A stretch of DNA of 64,000 nt, from contig OZ243972.1 of assembly GCA_965214705.1 (NCBI GenBank), positions 960,001-1,024,000 of the forward strand, in the 5' to 3' direction. Below the pieces are notes generated by a model. That model did no database searches. It was not told where the DNA came from and was given only the letters and a program-made list of their open reading frames with translations. Shown here one piece after another: positions 1-12,397 of the stretch (positions are counted from its first letter, which is position 1; every line of letters starts with the position of its first letter). Both the position numbers and the translations under genes were made by a program. This stretch comes from Alphaproteobacteria bacterium. GTDB lineage: Bacteria > Pseudomonadota > Alphaproteobacteria > UBA828.

Positions 1-1906
<1,906 letters not shown>

Positions 1907-1922
1907 CGCCGCCTCTCGTCCT

Positions 1923-3455
1923 CTACAACGGGATGTTCCCGTGCTTCTTCCACGGGTTCTCCAGCCGCTTGGTGCGCAGAGTCTCGAAGGCTCGTGCGAC
2001 GCGGGCGCGGGTCTCCTGCGGGCGAATCACATCGTCGATGAAGCCACGGCTTGCGGCGACGAAGGGGTTGGCGAAGGTGCGGCGGTATTCCTCCGTCTTG
2101 GCCTCGACGGCAGCGGGGTCGTCAAGCGAGCCGCGGAAGATGATCTCCACCGCGCCTTGGGGACCCATGACCGCGATCTCCGCCGTGGGCCACGCGTAGT
2201 TGAGGTCGCCACGCAGGTGTTTCGACGCCATCACGTCATAGGCGCCACCATAGGCCTTGCGCGTGATCACCGTGACCTTGGGCACCGTCGCCTCGGCGTA
2301 GGCGTAGAGCAGCTTCGAGCCGTGGGTGATGATGCCGCCGTATTCCTGGTCTGTGCCAGGCAGAAATCCCGGCACGTCGACGAAGGTAAGCAGTGGGATG
2401 TTGAAACAATCGCAGAAGCGGACGAAGCGCCCCGCCTTGCGCGACGATGCGATGTCGAGGCAGCCGGCGAGCACGGTCGGCTGGTTTGCGACGATGCCGA
2501 TGGTGCTGCCCGCGATGCGGCCGAAGCCGGTGATGATGTTCTGCGCGTATGCCGGCTTCAGCTCGAAGAAGTCGCCCTCGTCGACCACCTTCGCGATCAG
2601 TTCCTTCATGTCGTAAGGCTGGTTGGGATTAGCCGGAACCAGCCTGTCGAGGGAGGGTTCCACGCGGGTCACGGGGTCGCTGGTGGGCCAGGACGGCGGC
2701 TGCTCGCGATTGTTGGCAGGCAGGAAGTCGATGAAGCGCCGGGTCTCGGCCAGCGCCTCGACATCGTTGTCGAAGGACTGGTCGGCGACGCCGGAGCGGC
2801 CGGTGTGGGTGCCCGCGCCGCCCAGTTCCTCGTGGGTCACCACCTCGTGGGTGACGGTCTTCACCACGTCCGGCCCGGTCACGAACATGTAGGCACTGTC
2901 CGCGACCATGAAGATCGCGTCGGTCATGGCGGGCGAGTAAACCGCGCCGCCGGCACACGGCCCCATGACGACCGAGACCTGGGGCACCACGCCGGAGGCC
3001 AGGACGTTGCGCTGGAACACCTCGGCGTAGCCCGCGAGCGAAGCCACGCCCTCGTGGATGCGCGCGCCGCCGGAATCGTTGAGCCCGACCACTGGCGCGC
3101 CCACCCGCATGGCGTGGTCCATGATCTTGCAGATCTTCTCCGCATGCGCTTCGCTCAGCGAGCCGCCGAAAACGGTGAAGTCCTGACTGAAGACGAAGAC
3201 GAGCCGTCCGTTGATCGTGCCGCGTCCCGTGACGACGCCATCGCCTGGCACGCGCTGATCGGCCATGCCGAAGTCCGAGCTGCGGTGCTCGACGAACATG
3301 TCGAATTCCTCGAACGAGCCGTCGTCGAGTAGCAGCTCCAGACGTTCGCGGGCGGTGAGCTTGCCCTTGGCGTGCTGTCGCTCGATCCGCGCCTCGCCGC
3401 CGCCCAACCGGGCGCGGGCGCGGCGCTCCTCAAGCGTGCGCAGGATGTCGTCCAT
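1923..3455 (-). CDS. pccB: Propionyl-CoA carboxylase beta subunit (carboxyltransferase)
   Basis: 510 aa; [34 protein letters not shown]-terminal WKKHGNIPL. Confidence 0.95.
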   Translation of the reverse strand: MDDILRTLEERRARARLGGGEARIERQHAKGKLTARERLELLLDDGSFEEFDMFVEHRSSDFGMADQRVPGDGVVTGRGTINGRLVFVFSQDFTVFGGSLSEAHAEKICKIMDHAMRVGAPVVGLNDSGGARIHEGVASLAGYAEVFQRNVLASGVVPQVSVVMGPCAGGAVYSPAMTDAIFMVADSAYMFVTGPDVVKTVTHEVVTHEELGGAGTHTGRSGVADQSFDNDVEALAETRRFIDFLPANNREQPPSWPTSDPVTRVEPSLDRLVPANPNQPYDMKELIAKVVDEGDFFELKPAYAQNIITGFGRIAGSTIGIVANQPTVLAGCLDIASSRKAGRFVRFCDCFNIPLLTFVDVPGFLPGTDQEYGGIITHGSKLLYAYAEATVPKVTVITRKAYGGAYDVMASKHLRGDLNYAWPTAEIAVMGPQGAVEIIFRGSLDDPAAVEAKTEEYRRTFANPFVAASRGFIDDVIRPQETRARVARAFETLRTKRLENPWKKHGNIPL

Positions 3456-3565
3456 CGCCTCCCTTTTCGGTGCCGCGCGGGATTATGCGTCCGCGTCAGC
3501 CTCCGCCTCTTAGCACGAAACGGTCCGACCCGGCGACCGGACGGCGCGAGCGGACGCCGAGCCGG

Positions 3566-4768
3566 TCAGTTGCGCACGATGTTGTGCGCCGGTCCGTAGG
3601 GGAACCCGGTGATGTCCTCGGCACCGTCCTCGGTCACCACTAGGATGTCGTGCTCGCGGTAGCCGCCGGCGCCGGGCTCGCCCTCCGGAATCATGATCAT
3701 CGGCTCCATGGACACCACCATGTTGGGCTCCAGAACGGTCGGCACGTCTTCGCGCAGCTCCAGGCCCGCCTCGCGGCCGTGGTAGTGGCAGAGCACGCCG
3801 AAGCTGTGGCCATAGCCGAATGTGCGGTTCGGGAGCAGGTCGTAGCGCTCGTAGATCGTGTTGAGTTCAGCGGCGATGTCGCAGCAGCGCACGCCGGGCT
3901 TGATGAGCGCGATTCCCGCCTCGTGCACGTCGACGTTGATGTTCCAGAGCCGCATGTGCGCGTCCGAGCACTCCTCGGCGAAGAGCGTTCGCTCCAGCGC
4001 CGTGTAATAGCCCGCCGGCATGGGGAAGCAGTTGAGGCTTAGGATGTCGCCGCGCTCGATCCGGCGCGAGGTCACTGGGTTGTGGGCACCGTCGGTGTTG
4101 ATACCGGACTGGAACCAGGTCCAGGTGTCCATCAGTTCCACGTGGGGCTGGCGTTGGCCGATCTCGCGCACCATGGCCTGGGTCGCGTGGAGCGCCACCT
4201 CGTACTCCGGCACGCCGACGGCGATCGCCTCCACGCAGGCGGCGCCGCCGATGTCAGCGATGCGCGCGCTCTCGCGAATCCAGGCAATCTCCTCGTCGGA
4301 CTTCACCATGCGCATACGCATGGTGGGCTTGCTCACGTCGATCAGCTCCGCTGTGGGCAGGGCACCTTGCAGCTTGCGCAGGTTTTCGACGCTGATGTGG
4401 TCGAACTCGATGCCGACACGCCAGCCATCCTGAATCAGCTGCTTAGCGGCGACGAAGTAGTTGTCCCGGTGCCAGTCGGTATAGACCAGATTGTCGCCAA
4501 AGGTGCGCCGCCAGGGCTGCCCGGCGTCGATGTTGGCCGAGATCGTGGTCTGGCTCTCCTGCGTGACCACCAGGCCGTAGTTTCGGCCGAAGGAGCAGTA
4601 GAGGAAGTCGCTGAAGTAGTTGATGTTGTGATACGAGGTGAACAGGCAGGCATCGATCTGCTTTTCTGCCATATGGGCGCGCAAGGCCGAGAGCCGGCGG
4701 TTCATCTCGTTTGGGGAGAATGTCGGCCTGACCTTCTCGCCGTTTTGGATCCTTTTCAGTTGCTCCAT
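3566..4768 (-). CDS. Creatinase (creatine amidinohydrolase, M24 fold)
   Basis: NGEKVRPTFS..EM..RL N-terminus, WFQSGINTDGAHNPVT, FGYGHSFG, GGYREHDIL, GFPYGPAHNI. ATG at 4768 with GAGGA RBS. Confidence 0.9.
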   Translation of the reverse strand: MEQLKRIQNGEKVRPTFSPNEMNRRLSALRAHMAEKQIDACLFTSYHNINYFSDFLYCSFGRNYGLVVTQESQTTISANIDAGQPWRRTFGDNLVYTDWHRDNYFVAAKQLIQDGWRVGIEFDHISVENLRKLQGALPTAELIDVSKPTMRMRMVKSDEEIAWIRESARIADIGGAACVEAIAVGVPEYEVALHATQAMVREIGQRQPHVELMDTWTWFQSGINTDGAHNPVTSRRIERGDILSLNCFPMPAGYYTALERTLFAEECSDAHMRLWNINVDVHEAGIALIKPGVRCCDIAAELNTIYERYDLLPNRTFGYGHSFGVLCHYHGREAGLELREDVPTVLEPNMVVSMEPMIMIPEGEPGAGGYREHDILVVTEDGAEDITGFPYGPAHNIVRN

Positions 4769-5112
4769 CGTCCTCACCTTGAACGTTGATAATGATCGTG
4801 CTGCGAGGCAGGCGACACCGTCAATGTTGCAGCACGCGCTGCGGCATGCAGACCGTAATTCTCAATACGGACGCAGGTTGCGCAAGGCTAGGCTGTGCCA
4901 TCGTCGAGTCGTGACTTGCGCGTCGGTGTGTGTCTGTGCGTGCCCGCGCAGATGGCGCCAACCGCCTATACGAGGCCAAAGCCACACCGCCATTCTTCGC
5001 CGGAATGCGAATTTTTCCTGAGAATTGGTCAATCCAATTGAAGACTTTTGCCAACAGAGATGATATGGTCGCGAGACACGGTTCGTAACTTACAACCACA
5101 GAAGGCAAGTCG

Positions 5113-5394
5113 ATGGCTCAGAACTCTTCCTCCCGGATTGACGAGAGCGCCCTGACCAAGGGACAGCGCCGCAAACTCAATGCGCTCAGAAAATCCGTCG
5201 GCGACGAGGTCGGGGAGCGCGCGTTTGCCGAATGGCTCGCGACACGACCGGTGGCAAAGTCCGACGAGAATGCTACGTTGATCGTCGATACGCTCTGGCC
5301 GCTCGTCCAACAGGGTAAGTTGGCAATCCCGAGGGGCGGCTATTTGCTCAGACGGGGTCGCGGCCGGATCATCGTGGAGCCGGCCAAGCAGTAA
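5113..5394 (+). CDS. Small basic hypothetical protein (93 aa)
   Basis: GAAGG RBS, protein-like composition, downstream hairpin at about 5427-5457; no family recognised. Confidence 0.7.
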   Translation: MAQNSSSRIDESALTKGQRRKLNALRKSVGDEVGERAFAEWLATRPVAKSDENATLIVDTLWPLVQQGKLAIPRGGYLLRRGRGRIIVEPAKQ

Positions 5395-5426
5395 CTCGTC
5401 TGCGCAATAGTCAGTCTACGTAATAT

Positions 5427-5457
5427 GGAGCGGTCCCGGATCACATGGGACCGTTCC
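5427..5457 (+). terminator. Stem-loop downstream of the 93-aa gene
   Basis: GGAGCGGTCCC-N9-GGGACCGTTCC inverted repeat; no strong U tract. Confidence 0.4.
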
Positions 5458-5507
5458 TGACCTCCTGAAATTGGCGTGCGCCGTGCGATAGTGCCGAGTG
5501 CCGATTG

Positions 5508-5574
5508 GCCCGGAATGCTCACCACTGTCGCGGCCTGTATCGCACAGATCATAAGATTGGTGAGAATTCCGGGC
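5508..5574. mobile_element. MITE-like miniature element with IS1380-type ends
   Basis: 17-bp inverted repeats with 16/17 match: GCCCGGAATGCTCACCA (5508-5524) and TGGTGAGAATTCCGGGC (5558-5574). The CCCGGA terminus matches the neighbouring IS1380 end. Confidence 0.55.
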
Positions 5575-5920
5575 TACCCTCTACGCTAATCTTGCAGAAG
5601 AGCCGTCGCGCGCCCTTCTCCGAACGTCCAAATGGAATTTGATATAGCGGATGCGTAAGCAAGAAATCGATCGCGGCGTAACAGGATTACCGATCCTGCG
5701 ATACCTATAGCGGAAGTACCATTACCGCCCGGTGAGTCAGGCTGGTGACGAGCGCAGGCGGCACGCTCAATATTTCGTGATAAGAGACACCCACGCCAAA
5801 GATGTTGCCGATGGGTTCGCTCAATTGGCAGGGTTCGGGTATTGCCACTTGACTGATTACGAAAAATACAGCGGAAACCTTAGGGTATGTCACCGCCCAG
5901 CGACAGGTCAGTTACCCTAG

Positions 5921-7531
5921 CCCGACCTATTCTTGGAGAGCCTTGCAGTTGAGTTTCGGTTGATGAATCGCGTCGGGGCCGGACGCCGTGTGGCGCCGGG
6001 ATTTGGACTTTGTCGTTGCGGGGTTGGGGTGGAAGTGAGTTGGGTTTTCGGGGCACGCCGCCCCGTCGCTCAGGGGCCTGCTGCGGCGAGACGGCCTGCG
6101 AGCAGGCGGAAGAGAGCGGCATCCGGGCAGGCCGAGGTGAAGTGGATGCGGACGCGGGTGGCCTTTTCGACGACGCGGGTGCCGATCTTGAGGAGGCGCA
6201 GCCTGAGGGTTGCAAACTCTGCACGGGCGAGCGGCGCCGTGCGGGGAATGGCGTCGCGCAGCGCGAGCATCATCCAGTAGGCTGCGGTGTGCAGCACCAG
6301 CCTGAGCTGGTTGGCGATCGGGCTCTGACAGGAGGTGCGGTCCGAGGCGAGCTGGCCCTTGTGCATCTTGATCAGGTTTTCGGCCTGGCCTCGGGCGCAG
6401 TAGATGTCTTCGTAGAGATGGCGAGGCTCGCCCTTGAGCGAGGTGACGATATAGCGGGCATCGAAGCCGCGCGTACTCGCCTCGAGCCGGGCAACGACCC
6501 GGCGTTCGCGGCTCCAGGAGCGTGCAGCGTAGGCGAAGTCCGCGAAGCTGCGCATTCTGTCTGCGCCGGCCTCGGCCCGGCGCACCTTGAGATCGTCGGC
6601 CACCTCGTAGGCGAGCGCGTGCAGCGCGCGATTGCCGGCGAGGCCGAAGATGTAGTCGACGCCGTTCTCCTCGCACCAGGCCATGGCTTGCGGGCGGCCG
6701 TAGTGGCTGTCTCCCCGGAAGACGATCCGGGTGTGGGGCCAGTGGCGGCGGATGCGGCCGACCAGATGCTTGATGAGGGTGCGGACCTCGGGCCCCGACG
6801 GCGTCTTGCCCGGGCGCAGGAGAACCGCCACCGGCTTGCCGCTCTCGACATGATAGACGTGGACGGGGAGGAAGCAGCGCGTGTCGTAGTGGGCGTGGAA
6901 CAGCGAGAGCTGCTGGTGACCGTGCACGGCATCGCAGGTGTCGTCGATATCCAGCGTGATGGCGGCGGGAGGGGCTGAGAAGGAGCGGCAGAAGAGATCG
7001 ACCAGGGCGGCCGTCATGCGCGCCACCTCGATGCGAGACGGCGCGTTCTCCAGGCGGCTCATGGTCGGCTGGGAACACAGATCGCGGCCGCTCTCCGGCG
7101 CCTTTCCTGAGGCCAGCTTGAACAGAGGGTCCGCGCGCAGCGTGTCGCAGTCGTCGGCATCCTCGTAACCGCAGGCGATGGCCAGCATGCGAAAGCGCAG
7201 CATGGCCGAGAGCGAGTGGATCACCTGCGCCTGATTGCGCCGGTCCCGGATACAGCCCGCCAGGGTCTCGGCGAGACGCAAGCGGCGTTCCGCTTCGCGC
7301 AGCAGGACGAGGCCGCCGTCCGACGAGATCAGGCCGCCGTCGAAGGCGGCGCTCACCTTCTTGCGCGCGACGGCTGGAAGATCGAAGGGGAGAAGGCTAT
7401 CGTCGGTCATGGCGGGCGTGGCGTGGCGTTGCTCGGAGAGGAAGACGCTCGGACAACGAATTCCTACCCGATGGCAACGGCTTACGCTACGTCCGCCACC
7501 CCAAAATCAGACCCGCTACGAATAATCCGGG
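5921..7531 (-). mobile_element. IS1380-family insertion sequence, complete
   Basis: Imperfect terminal IRs CCCGACCTATTC (5921-) and GAATAATCCGGG (-7531). CTAG direct repeat on both sides (5917-5920, 7532-7535). Transposase inside. Confidence 0.9.
6070..7410 (-). CDS. IS1380-family DDE transposase
   Basis: 446 aa; FDGGLISSDGG, GYEDADD, SQPTMSRLEN, LDIDDT, RGDSHY, YCARGQAENLIK. Confidence 0.95.
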   Translation of the reverse strand: MTDDSLLPFDLPAVARKKVSAAFDGGLISSDGGLVLLREAERRLRLAETLAGCIRDRRNQAQVIHSLSAMLRFRMLAIACGYEDADDCDTLRADPLFKLASGKAPESGRDLCSQPTMSRLENAPSRIEVARMTAALVDLFCRSFSAPPAAITLDIDDTCDAVHGHQQLSLFHAHYDTRCFLPVHVYHVESGKPVAVLLRPGKTPSGPEVRTLIKHLVGRIRRHWPHTRIVFRGDSHYGRPQAMAWCEENGVDYIFGLAGNRALHALAYEVADDLKVRRAEAGADRMRSFADFAYAARSWSRERRVVARLEASTRGFDARYIVTSLKGEPRHLYEDIYCARGQAENLIKMHKGQLASDRTSCQSPIANQLRLVLHTAAYWMMLALRDAIPRTAPLARAEFATLRLRLLKIGTRVVEKATRVRIHFTSACPDAALFRLLAGRLAAAGP

Positions 7532-7909
7532 CTAGCAGCCGCCTCAACTATTTGAACTACTTCCCAAGAACAACGTCACGATGGAGAGTTGTCTCGCAAT
7601 AGACCGAACATTGTGGGAGGACCACTACGATATAGATTGCGACATGGGATAAGGGACTCATCGTTCGACAATCTGGTCGCATCCCTGTTTATGCGGGCAT
7701 CGTGCTCATCGTTGAGCCGAAATGGGTGCCCCTTCGATGCTGGCTTGTGGCGCCTCGGGAGCCAACAGGGCTTCAAGAGGAGGTAAAAGCAGTCACGACC
7801 GCTGCAGCGCTATTGGTGCACTACCTGGGAGCCGCGCTATTCTCTCGCGTACTCGATGGGGCCGCGAGACGCGCGTCAGCAGGGAGACCGCGGCCGCAAG
7901 GAGACAACG

Positions 7910-9175
7910 ATGCTCTCGATTCAGAAGGTGATACGGTCCGTCGTCGTGGGCGCGATGCTCGCGCGGGAACGCTGGCAGAGCGGCGTCGCGTACAACCCGC
8001 TGTCGAGGCAGACCGCGCAAGACCCCTATCCTGTCTATGCGGCGCTGCGCGACCGCGACCCGGTGCACCGCAGCGCCTTGATGAACGCGTGGATGTTCAC
8101 CCGGCACGCAGATATTGACACGATCCTTCGTGACCACCGGCGTTTCAGCAACGACCCGCGCAAAGGCACCCTCTCTAGCCGGCAACGCGCCGGCCTGCCG
8201 GCAGACGAGGAATTCACCATGCTGTTCCTCGACCCGCCGGACCACAAGCGGCTCAGGGCGCTGGTCAACAAGGCCTTCACGCCCAAGGCGGTGAACGCGC
8301 TCGAACCTCACATCCGCAGCCTGCTCGGCACCTTGCTGGACGACATCGACGACCCCGCCGGCTTCGACCTCATGCAGGCGGTGGCCCAGCCGCTGCCCGT
8401 GATCGTGATCGCCGAGATGCTCGGCGTGCCGCCGGAGGACCGGGCGCAGTTCAAAATCTGGTCGGACCAGCGCGCGCGCACGCTGGAGCCGTCGATCGAT
8501 GCGCGAGAACGCGCACTTGCCGAAGCGGCCAACAAGTCGCTCAACAGTTATTTCCGGCCGATCATTGAGGAGCGGCGCGCGGCACCCCAGGACGATATCG
8601 TGAGCGCGCTCGCGCAGGCGGAAGAAGAAGGCGACCGCCTCACCGAGCTTGAGATGCTGAACATGCTGCGCCTGCTGCTGATTGCCGGTAACGAAACCAC
8701 CACCAACCTGATCGGCAACGGCGTGCTAGCGCTGCTGCGCAATCCTGATCAGATGCAGCGGCTCAGGGATGACCCGAGCTTGATTCCGTCGGCGGTAGAC
8801 GAGCTGCTGCGCTTCGATTCTCCGGTGCAGACGGATTTCCGCCGCGCGCTCGAGGACTGCGAAGTAAACGGCTTTCCCCTGAAAAAGCGCGACAACATCG
8901 TCCTGCTGCTGGGCGCAGCCAACCGGGACCCCGACGTGTTCGACGATCCCGACCGGCTCGATGTCGGCCGTGGCGACCGCTCACACCTGTCGTTCGGGCG
9001 CGGCATCCACCACTGCATCGGCGCCCCGCTCGCGCGCTTGGAAGGGCGGGTTGTCCTCGAGATGCTGCTGGAGCGCTTTTCCCAGATCAGCCTGAGCGGC
9101 GAGCAGCCACGGTTCCGCAACAGCATCGTGCTGCGCGGCCTGGAATCCCTGCCTGTCCGCTGCGTCAAGGCTTGA
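7910..9175 (+). CDS. Cytochrome P450
   Basis: I-helix AGNETT, ExxR (ELLR), heme motif FGRGIHHCIG. ATG at 7910 after AAGGAG. Confidence 0.95.
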   Translation: MLSIQKVIRSVVVGAMLARERWQSGVAYNPLSRQTAQDPYPVYAALRDRDPVHRSALMNAWMFTRHADIDTILRDHRRFSNDPRKGTLSSRQRAGLPADEEFTMLFLDPPDHKRLRALVNKAFTPKAVNALEPHIRSLLGTLLDDIDDPAGFDLMQAVAQPLPVIVIAEMLGVPPEDRAQFKIWSDQRARTLEPSIDARERALAEAANKSLNSYFRPIIEERRAAPQDDIVSALAQAEEEGDRLTELEMLNMLRLLLIAGNETTTNLIGNGVLALLRNPDQMQRLRDDPSLIPSAVDELLRFDSPVQTDFRRALEDCEVNGFPLKKRDNIVLLLGAANRDPDVFDDPDRLDVGRGDRSHLSFGRGIHHCIGAPLARLEGRVVLEMLLERFSQISLSGEQPRFRNSIVLRGLESLPVRCVKA

Positions 9176-9245
9176 GACAAGATTACGATACGTGACGCCG
9201 GAGTTCGGCTAACTCCGAACCGCGGCAAACCGGAAGGACCACACA

Positions 9246-9944
9246 ATGCTCGACACCCCGCCGGCGCTGACCATCCGTCGCACTTTTCAGCGGCCGCACC
9301 GCGACGCTATCGCCAAGTTGGAGGGCGCGCTGACCGGCCAGGTGGCCGACGCCCTTGGCGGGCTCGGCGCGCTGGACGCGGCGATCAAGCCGATCGCGGG
9401 CGCGCCGCCTTCCATGCAGAGCTTCGTAGGCCCGGCCTTCCCTTGCATGAACAGCCCGGCGGACCAGCTCGCCCTGGTCGGCGCTCTCGCCTATGCAGAG
9501 CCCGGCGATGTGCTCGTGGTGGGCACCGAGGGCTATCTCGGCACCGCCGTGATCGGCGACCTGATGGCGGGCATGCTGCTCAACAGCGGCGCCGCTGCGC
9601 TGGTCACCGACGGCGCGGTGCGAGATACGCCGGGCATCATCGGGGTGGGCCTGCCAGTCTATTGCGCGGGCATCAGTCCCAACTCGCCGCAACGGAACGG
9701 CCCCGGCACGGTGGGCCTCGCCATCAGTATCGGCGGGGTCACCGTGAATCCGGGCGACGTCGTGGTGGGTGACGGGGATGGCGTCGTCGTCGTGCCCCAG
9801 GATGCACTCGACGCCGTCATCGGCGGAGTCGAAGAAATCCGACGCCAGGAGTCCGAGATGGAGGCCAAGGTCAAGGAGGGCCTCACCTACCCCGACTCCT
9901 GGCGCGCCTACCTGGAGCCGGGGGCCGCGCGCTTTGTCGACTGA
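9246..9944 (+). CDS. RraA family / HMG (4-hydroxy-4-methyl-2-oxoglutarate) aldolase-like protein
   Basis: VADAL, PGDVLVV, GDLMA, TDGAVRD, PGDVVVGDGDGVVVVP. Confidence 0.88.
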   Translation: MLDTPPALTIRRTFQRPHRDAIAKLEGALTGQVADALGGLGALDAAIKPIAGAPPSMQSFVGPAFPCMNSPADQLALVGALAYAEPGDVLVVGTEGYLGTAVIGDLMAGMLLNSGAAALVTDGAVRDTPGIIGVGLPVYCAGISPNSPQRNGPGTVGLAISIGGVTVNPGDVVVGDGDGVVVVPQDALDAVIGGVEEIRRQESEMEAKVKEGLTYPDSWRAYLEPGAARFVD

Positions 9945-10665
9945 CCCCGGTGCCGTCCAGGAGCGGGCGGCGATTCTCGGGCGTGAGACGAAGGTTCTGA
10001 TCTTCGACCTCTACGGCACGGTCGTCGACATGCAGGCGGGGCTGACCGAGGCCGCAACCCCCTACCTCAAGGAGAAGGGCTGGGACGGCGCGCCGCACCG
10101 CTTCGTCACCTGGTGGCGACGCACCCATTTCGAGAATTCGATGATCGACTCTCTCTGCGATCGGGGCCACACCTCCTATCGCGAGATCAGCCACCGCGCG
10201 CTCTCTTACGTGATGGACCGCTGCGACTTCCCCTACACGCAGGAGGAGGTTGTTCAACTGGTGAGCCAGATCGAAACGCTCAAGCCCTTTCCCGAAGTGC
10301 CGGCCGCGCTGGAGAGGCTCAGGGCAACCGGCTACACGCTCGCCATTCTCTCCAACGGCGATCGTGACATGCTGTCGGCCGCAATGCCGCACGTCGGCAT
10401 CCCTTTCGACCATGTGATCTCGGTGCAGGAGGCCGGCGCCTTCAAGCCCCACTGGCGGACCTATGCCAAGGCCGCGGAGATCATCGGCGCCGACCGCACG
10501 GCCTGCGCGCTGGTCGCCAACCACGCCTTCGATTGCGTCGGCGCCAAGGCCTACGGTATGCGGACGGTCTTCATCGACCGTCGCAGCCGACCTTTCGGGG
10601 AGACCCCGCACGGCCCCGACCTCATCGTCGAGAACGTCACGGCGCTCGCGGCGGCGCTCGCCTGA
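9934..10665 (+). CDS. Haloacid dehalogenase type II (HAD family)
   Basis: FDLYGTVVD, ILSNGD, FKPH..Y, VANHAFD. Start uncertain; TTG at 9934 overlaps the previous gene. Confidence 0.85.
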   Translation: MSTDPGAVQERAAILGRETKVLIFDLYGTVVDMQAGLTEAATPYLKEKGWDGAPHRFVTWWRRTHFENSMIDSLCDRGHTSYREISHRALSYVMDRCDFPYTQEEVVQLVSQIETLKPFPEVPAALERLRATGYTLAILSNGDRDMLSAAMPHVGIPFDHVISVQEAGAFKPHWRTYAKAAEIIGADRTACALVANHAFDCVGAKAYGMRTVFIDRRSRPFGETPHGPDLIVENVTALAAALA

Positions 10666-10691
10666 CGCGTCGGACCCGAAGCGGCGGCGGA

Positions 10692-12302
10692 ATGCAGGCG
10701 GACTACATCGTCATCGGCTCGGGCTCTGGCGGAGCGGCGGTTGCAGCCCGCCTCGCGGAGGACCCGCGCAACCGCGTGCTACTCCTAGAAGCGGGGCCGA
10801 AGGACACCAACCCGTTCATCCACATACCCGCCGGCTTCACCCGCCTGCTTACCCACCCGACGCTCAACTGGCGGCGGCAGTCCGAGCCGGTGCCCGGCCT
10901 CGGCGGCCGGCGCATGCCCTTCCCCTCTGGCAAAGTGCTCGGCGGCTCCAGCGCGATCAACGGCATGCTCTACATCCGCGGCCAGGCCGAGGATTACGAC
11001 GCCTGGCGCGACGCCGGCAATGTGGGGTGGGGCTGGCAGGATGTGCTGCCTTACTTCCGCAAGGCCGAAGACCAGCAGCACGGGGAGAGCGAGAGCCACG
11101 GTGTCGGCGGCCCCATCGGGGTGAGCGACACACAGCCAAGCAGTCCAGCCTCCGGCCTCTTTCTGGACGCCGCGGTGCAGAGCGGCATTCCACGCCTCAA
11201 CGACCTCAACACCGGCGATCAGCACGGCATCGCGCTGGTCCAGGGTACGATCAGGAACGGCCGGCGCATGACCACCGCCGTGGGCTACCTGCGGCCGGCG
11301 GCGACGCGGGAGAACCTGCGCATCGTGACCGAGGCGCTGGTGGACCGCATCGTCGTGGAGGAGGGCGTCGCCACTGGCATCGTCTATACCGACAAGTCCG
11401 GCGGCACCGTCACCGTGCGTGCGGAGCGCGAGGTCGTGCTCTGTGCGGGCGCCGTGGCCTCGCCCCAGATTCTGCTGCAATCGGGGATCGGCGAAGCGAA
11501 CCAGCTCAAGGCGCTCGGTATCGCACCGGTCCACCACCTGCCGGGTGTGGGCGAGAACCTCCATGACCATCTCTTCGTCTTCGTGCAACCGCGGCTGAAG
11601 AAAGGGGTTCCGACGCTCAACCGTCTGCTACGCAGCCGCCCGCGGCTCGCGGCGGAGGTACTGCGTTACGGCCTCTTTCGTACCGGCGCACTGTCGCTCA
11701 CCTCTTGCGAGGTCTGCGGCTTTCTCGATTCCACGGAACGCGGCGGCCGGCCGGATATCGAGATCACCTTCCGTCCGCTCAGCTTCGACCTGCTGCCGGA
11801 CGGCGGCTGGCGCCCGCACCCCTACCCCGGCGGCACGAGCTCGGTCTGTGCCACCCGGCCCAAGAGCCGGGGGCAGGTGACGCTGGTGCAGGACGGCAAC
11901 GGCGCGCGCCGGGTGGCGATCCAGCCCAACTACCTCGCGCACGATGAGGACGTAATGAGCCTCGTGCGAGGCCTGCGCATCCTACGGCGCATCCTGGGGA
12001 CCGAGCCTATCGCCTCTTGCGTCGTCTCCGAGCAGCGGCCGGGCCCGGATGTCGAGAGCGACGAGGCGCTGAGCCAATACGTGCGCGAGACAGCGAGCAC
12101 GGTCTATCACCCGGTCGGCACCTGCAAGATGGGCAGCGATGGAATGAGCGTCGTCGACGAGCGGCTCCGGGTCCACGGCATCGCGGGCCTCCGCGTCGCC
12201 GACGCCTCAATCATGCCGGCTATCCCCTCCGGCAACACCAACGCGCCCACCATCATGATCGGCGAGAAGGCGGCCGACATGATCCGCCGCGACCACAATT
12301 AG
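10692..12302 (+). CDS. GMC family FAD oxidoreductase (choline dehydrogenase-like)
   Basis: [53 protein letters not shown]. Confidence 0.92.
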   Translation: MQADYIVIGSGSGGAAVAARLAEDPRNRVLLLEAGPKDTNPFIHIPAGFTRLLTHPTLNWRRQSEPVPGLGGRRMPFPSGKVLGGSSAINGMLYIRGQAEDYDAWRDAGNVGWGWQDVLPYFRKAEDQQHGESESHGVGGPIGVSDTQPSSPASGLFLDAAVQSGIPRLNDLNTGDQHGIALVQGTIRNGRRMTTAVGYLRPAATRENLRIVTEALVDRIVVEEGVATGIVYTDKSGGTVTVRAEREVVLCAGAVASPQILLQSGIGEANQLKALGIAPVHHLPGVGENLHDHLFVFVQPRLKKGVPTLNRLLRSRPRLAAEVLRYGLFRTGALSLTSCEVCGFLDSTERGGRPDIEITFRPLSFDLLPDGGWRPHPYPGGTSSVCATRPKSRGQVTLVQDGNGARRVAIQPNYLAHDEDVMSLVRGLRILRRILGTEPIASCVVSEQRPGPDVESDEALSQYVRETASTVYHPVGTCKMGSDGMSVVDERLRVHGIAGLRVADASIMPAIPSGNTNAPTIMIGEKAADMIRRDHN

Positions 12303-12397
12303 AGCGGCCGACCGGCCCTCCGTTCGGCAAGATTTGTCACAGATTTGTCTCCGCTGGCTGCCTTGCTCCGTTCTGGGCGGAGCGGCATAGTGCGCTC

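Noticed and set aside
5732-5920. 62-aa ORF ending at the IS1380 target site
   Set aside because: No recognisable motif or RBS, and its stop codon lies within the CTAG target. Not supportable as a gene.
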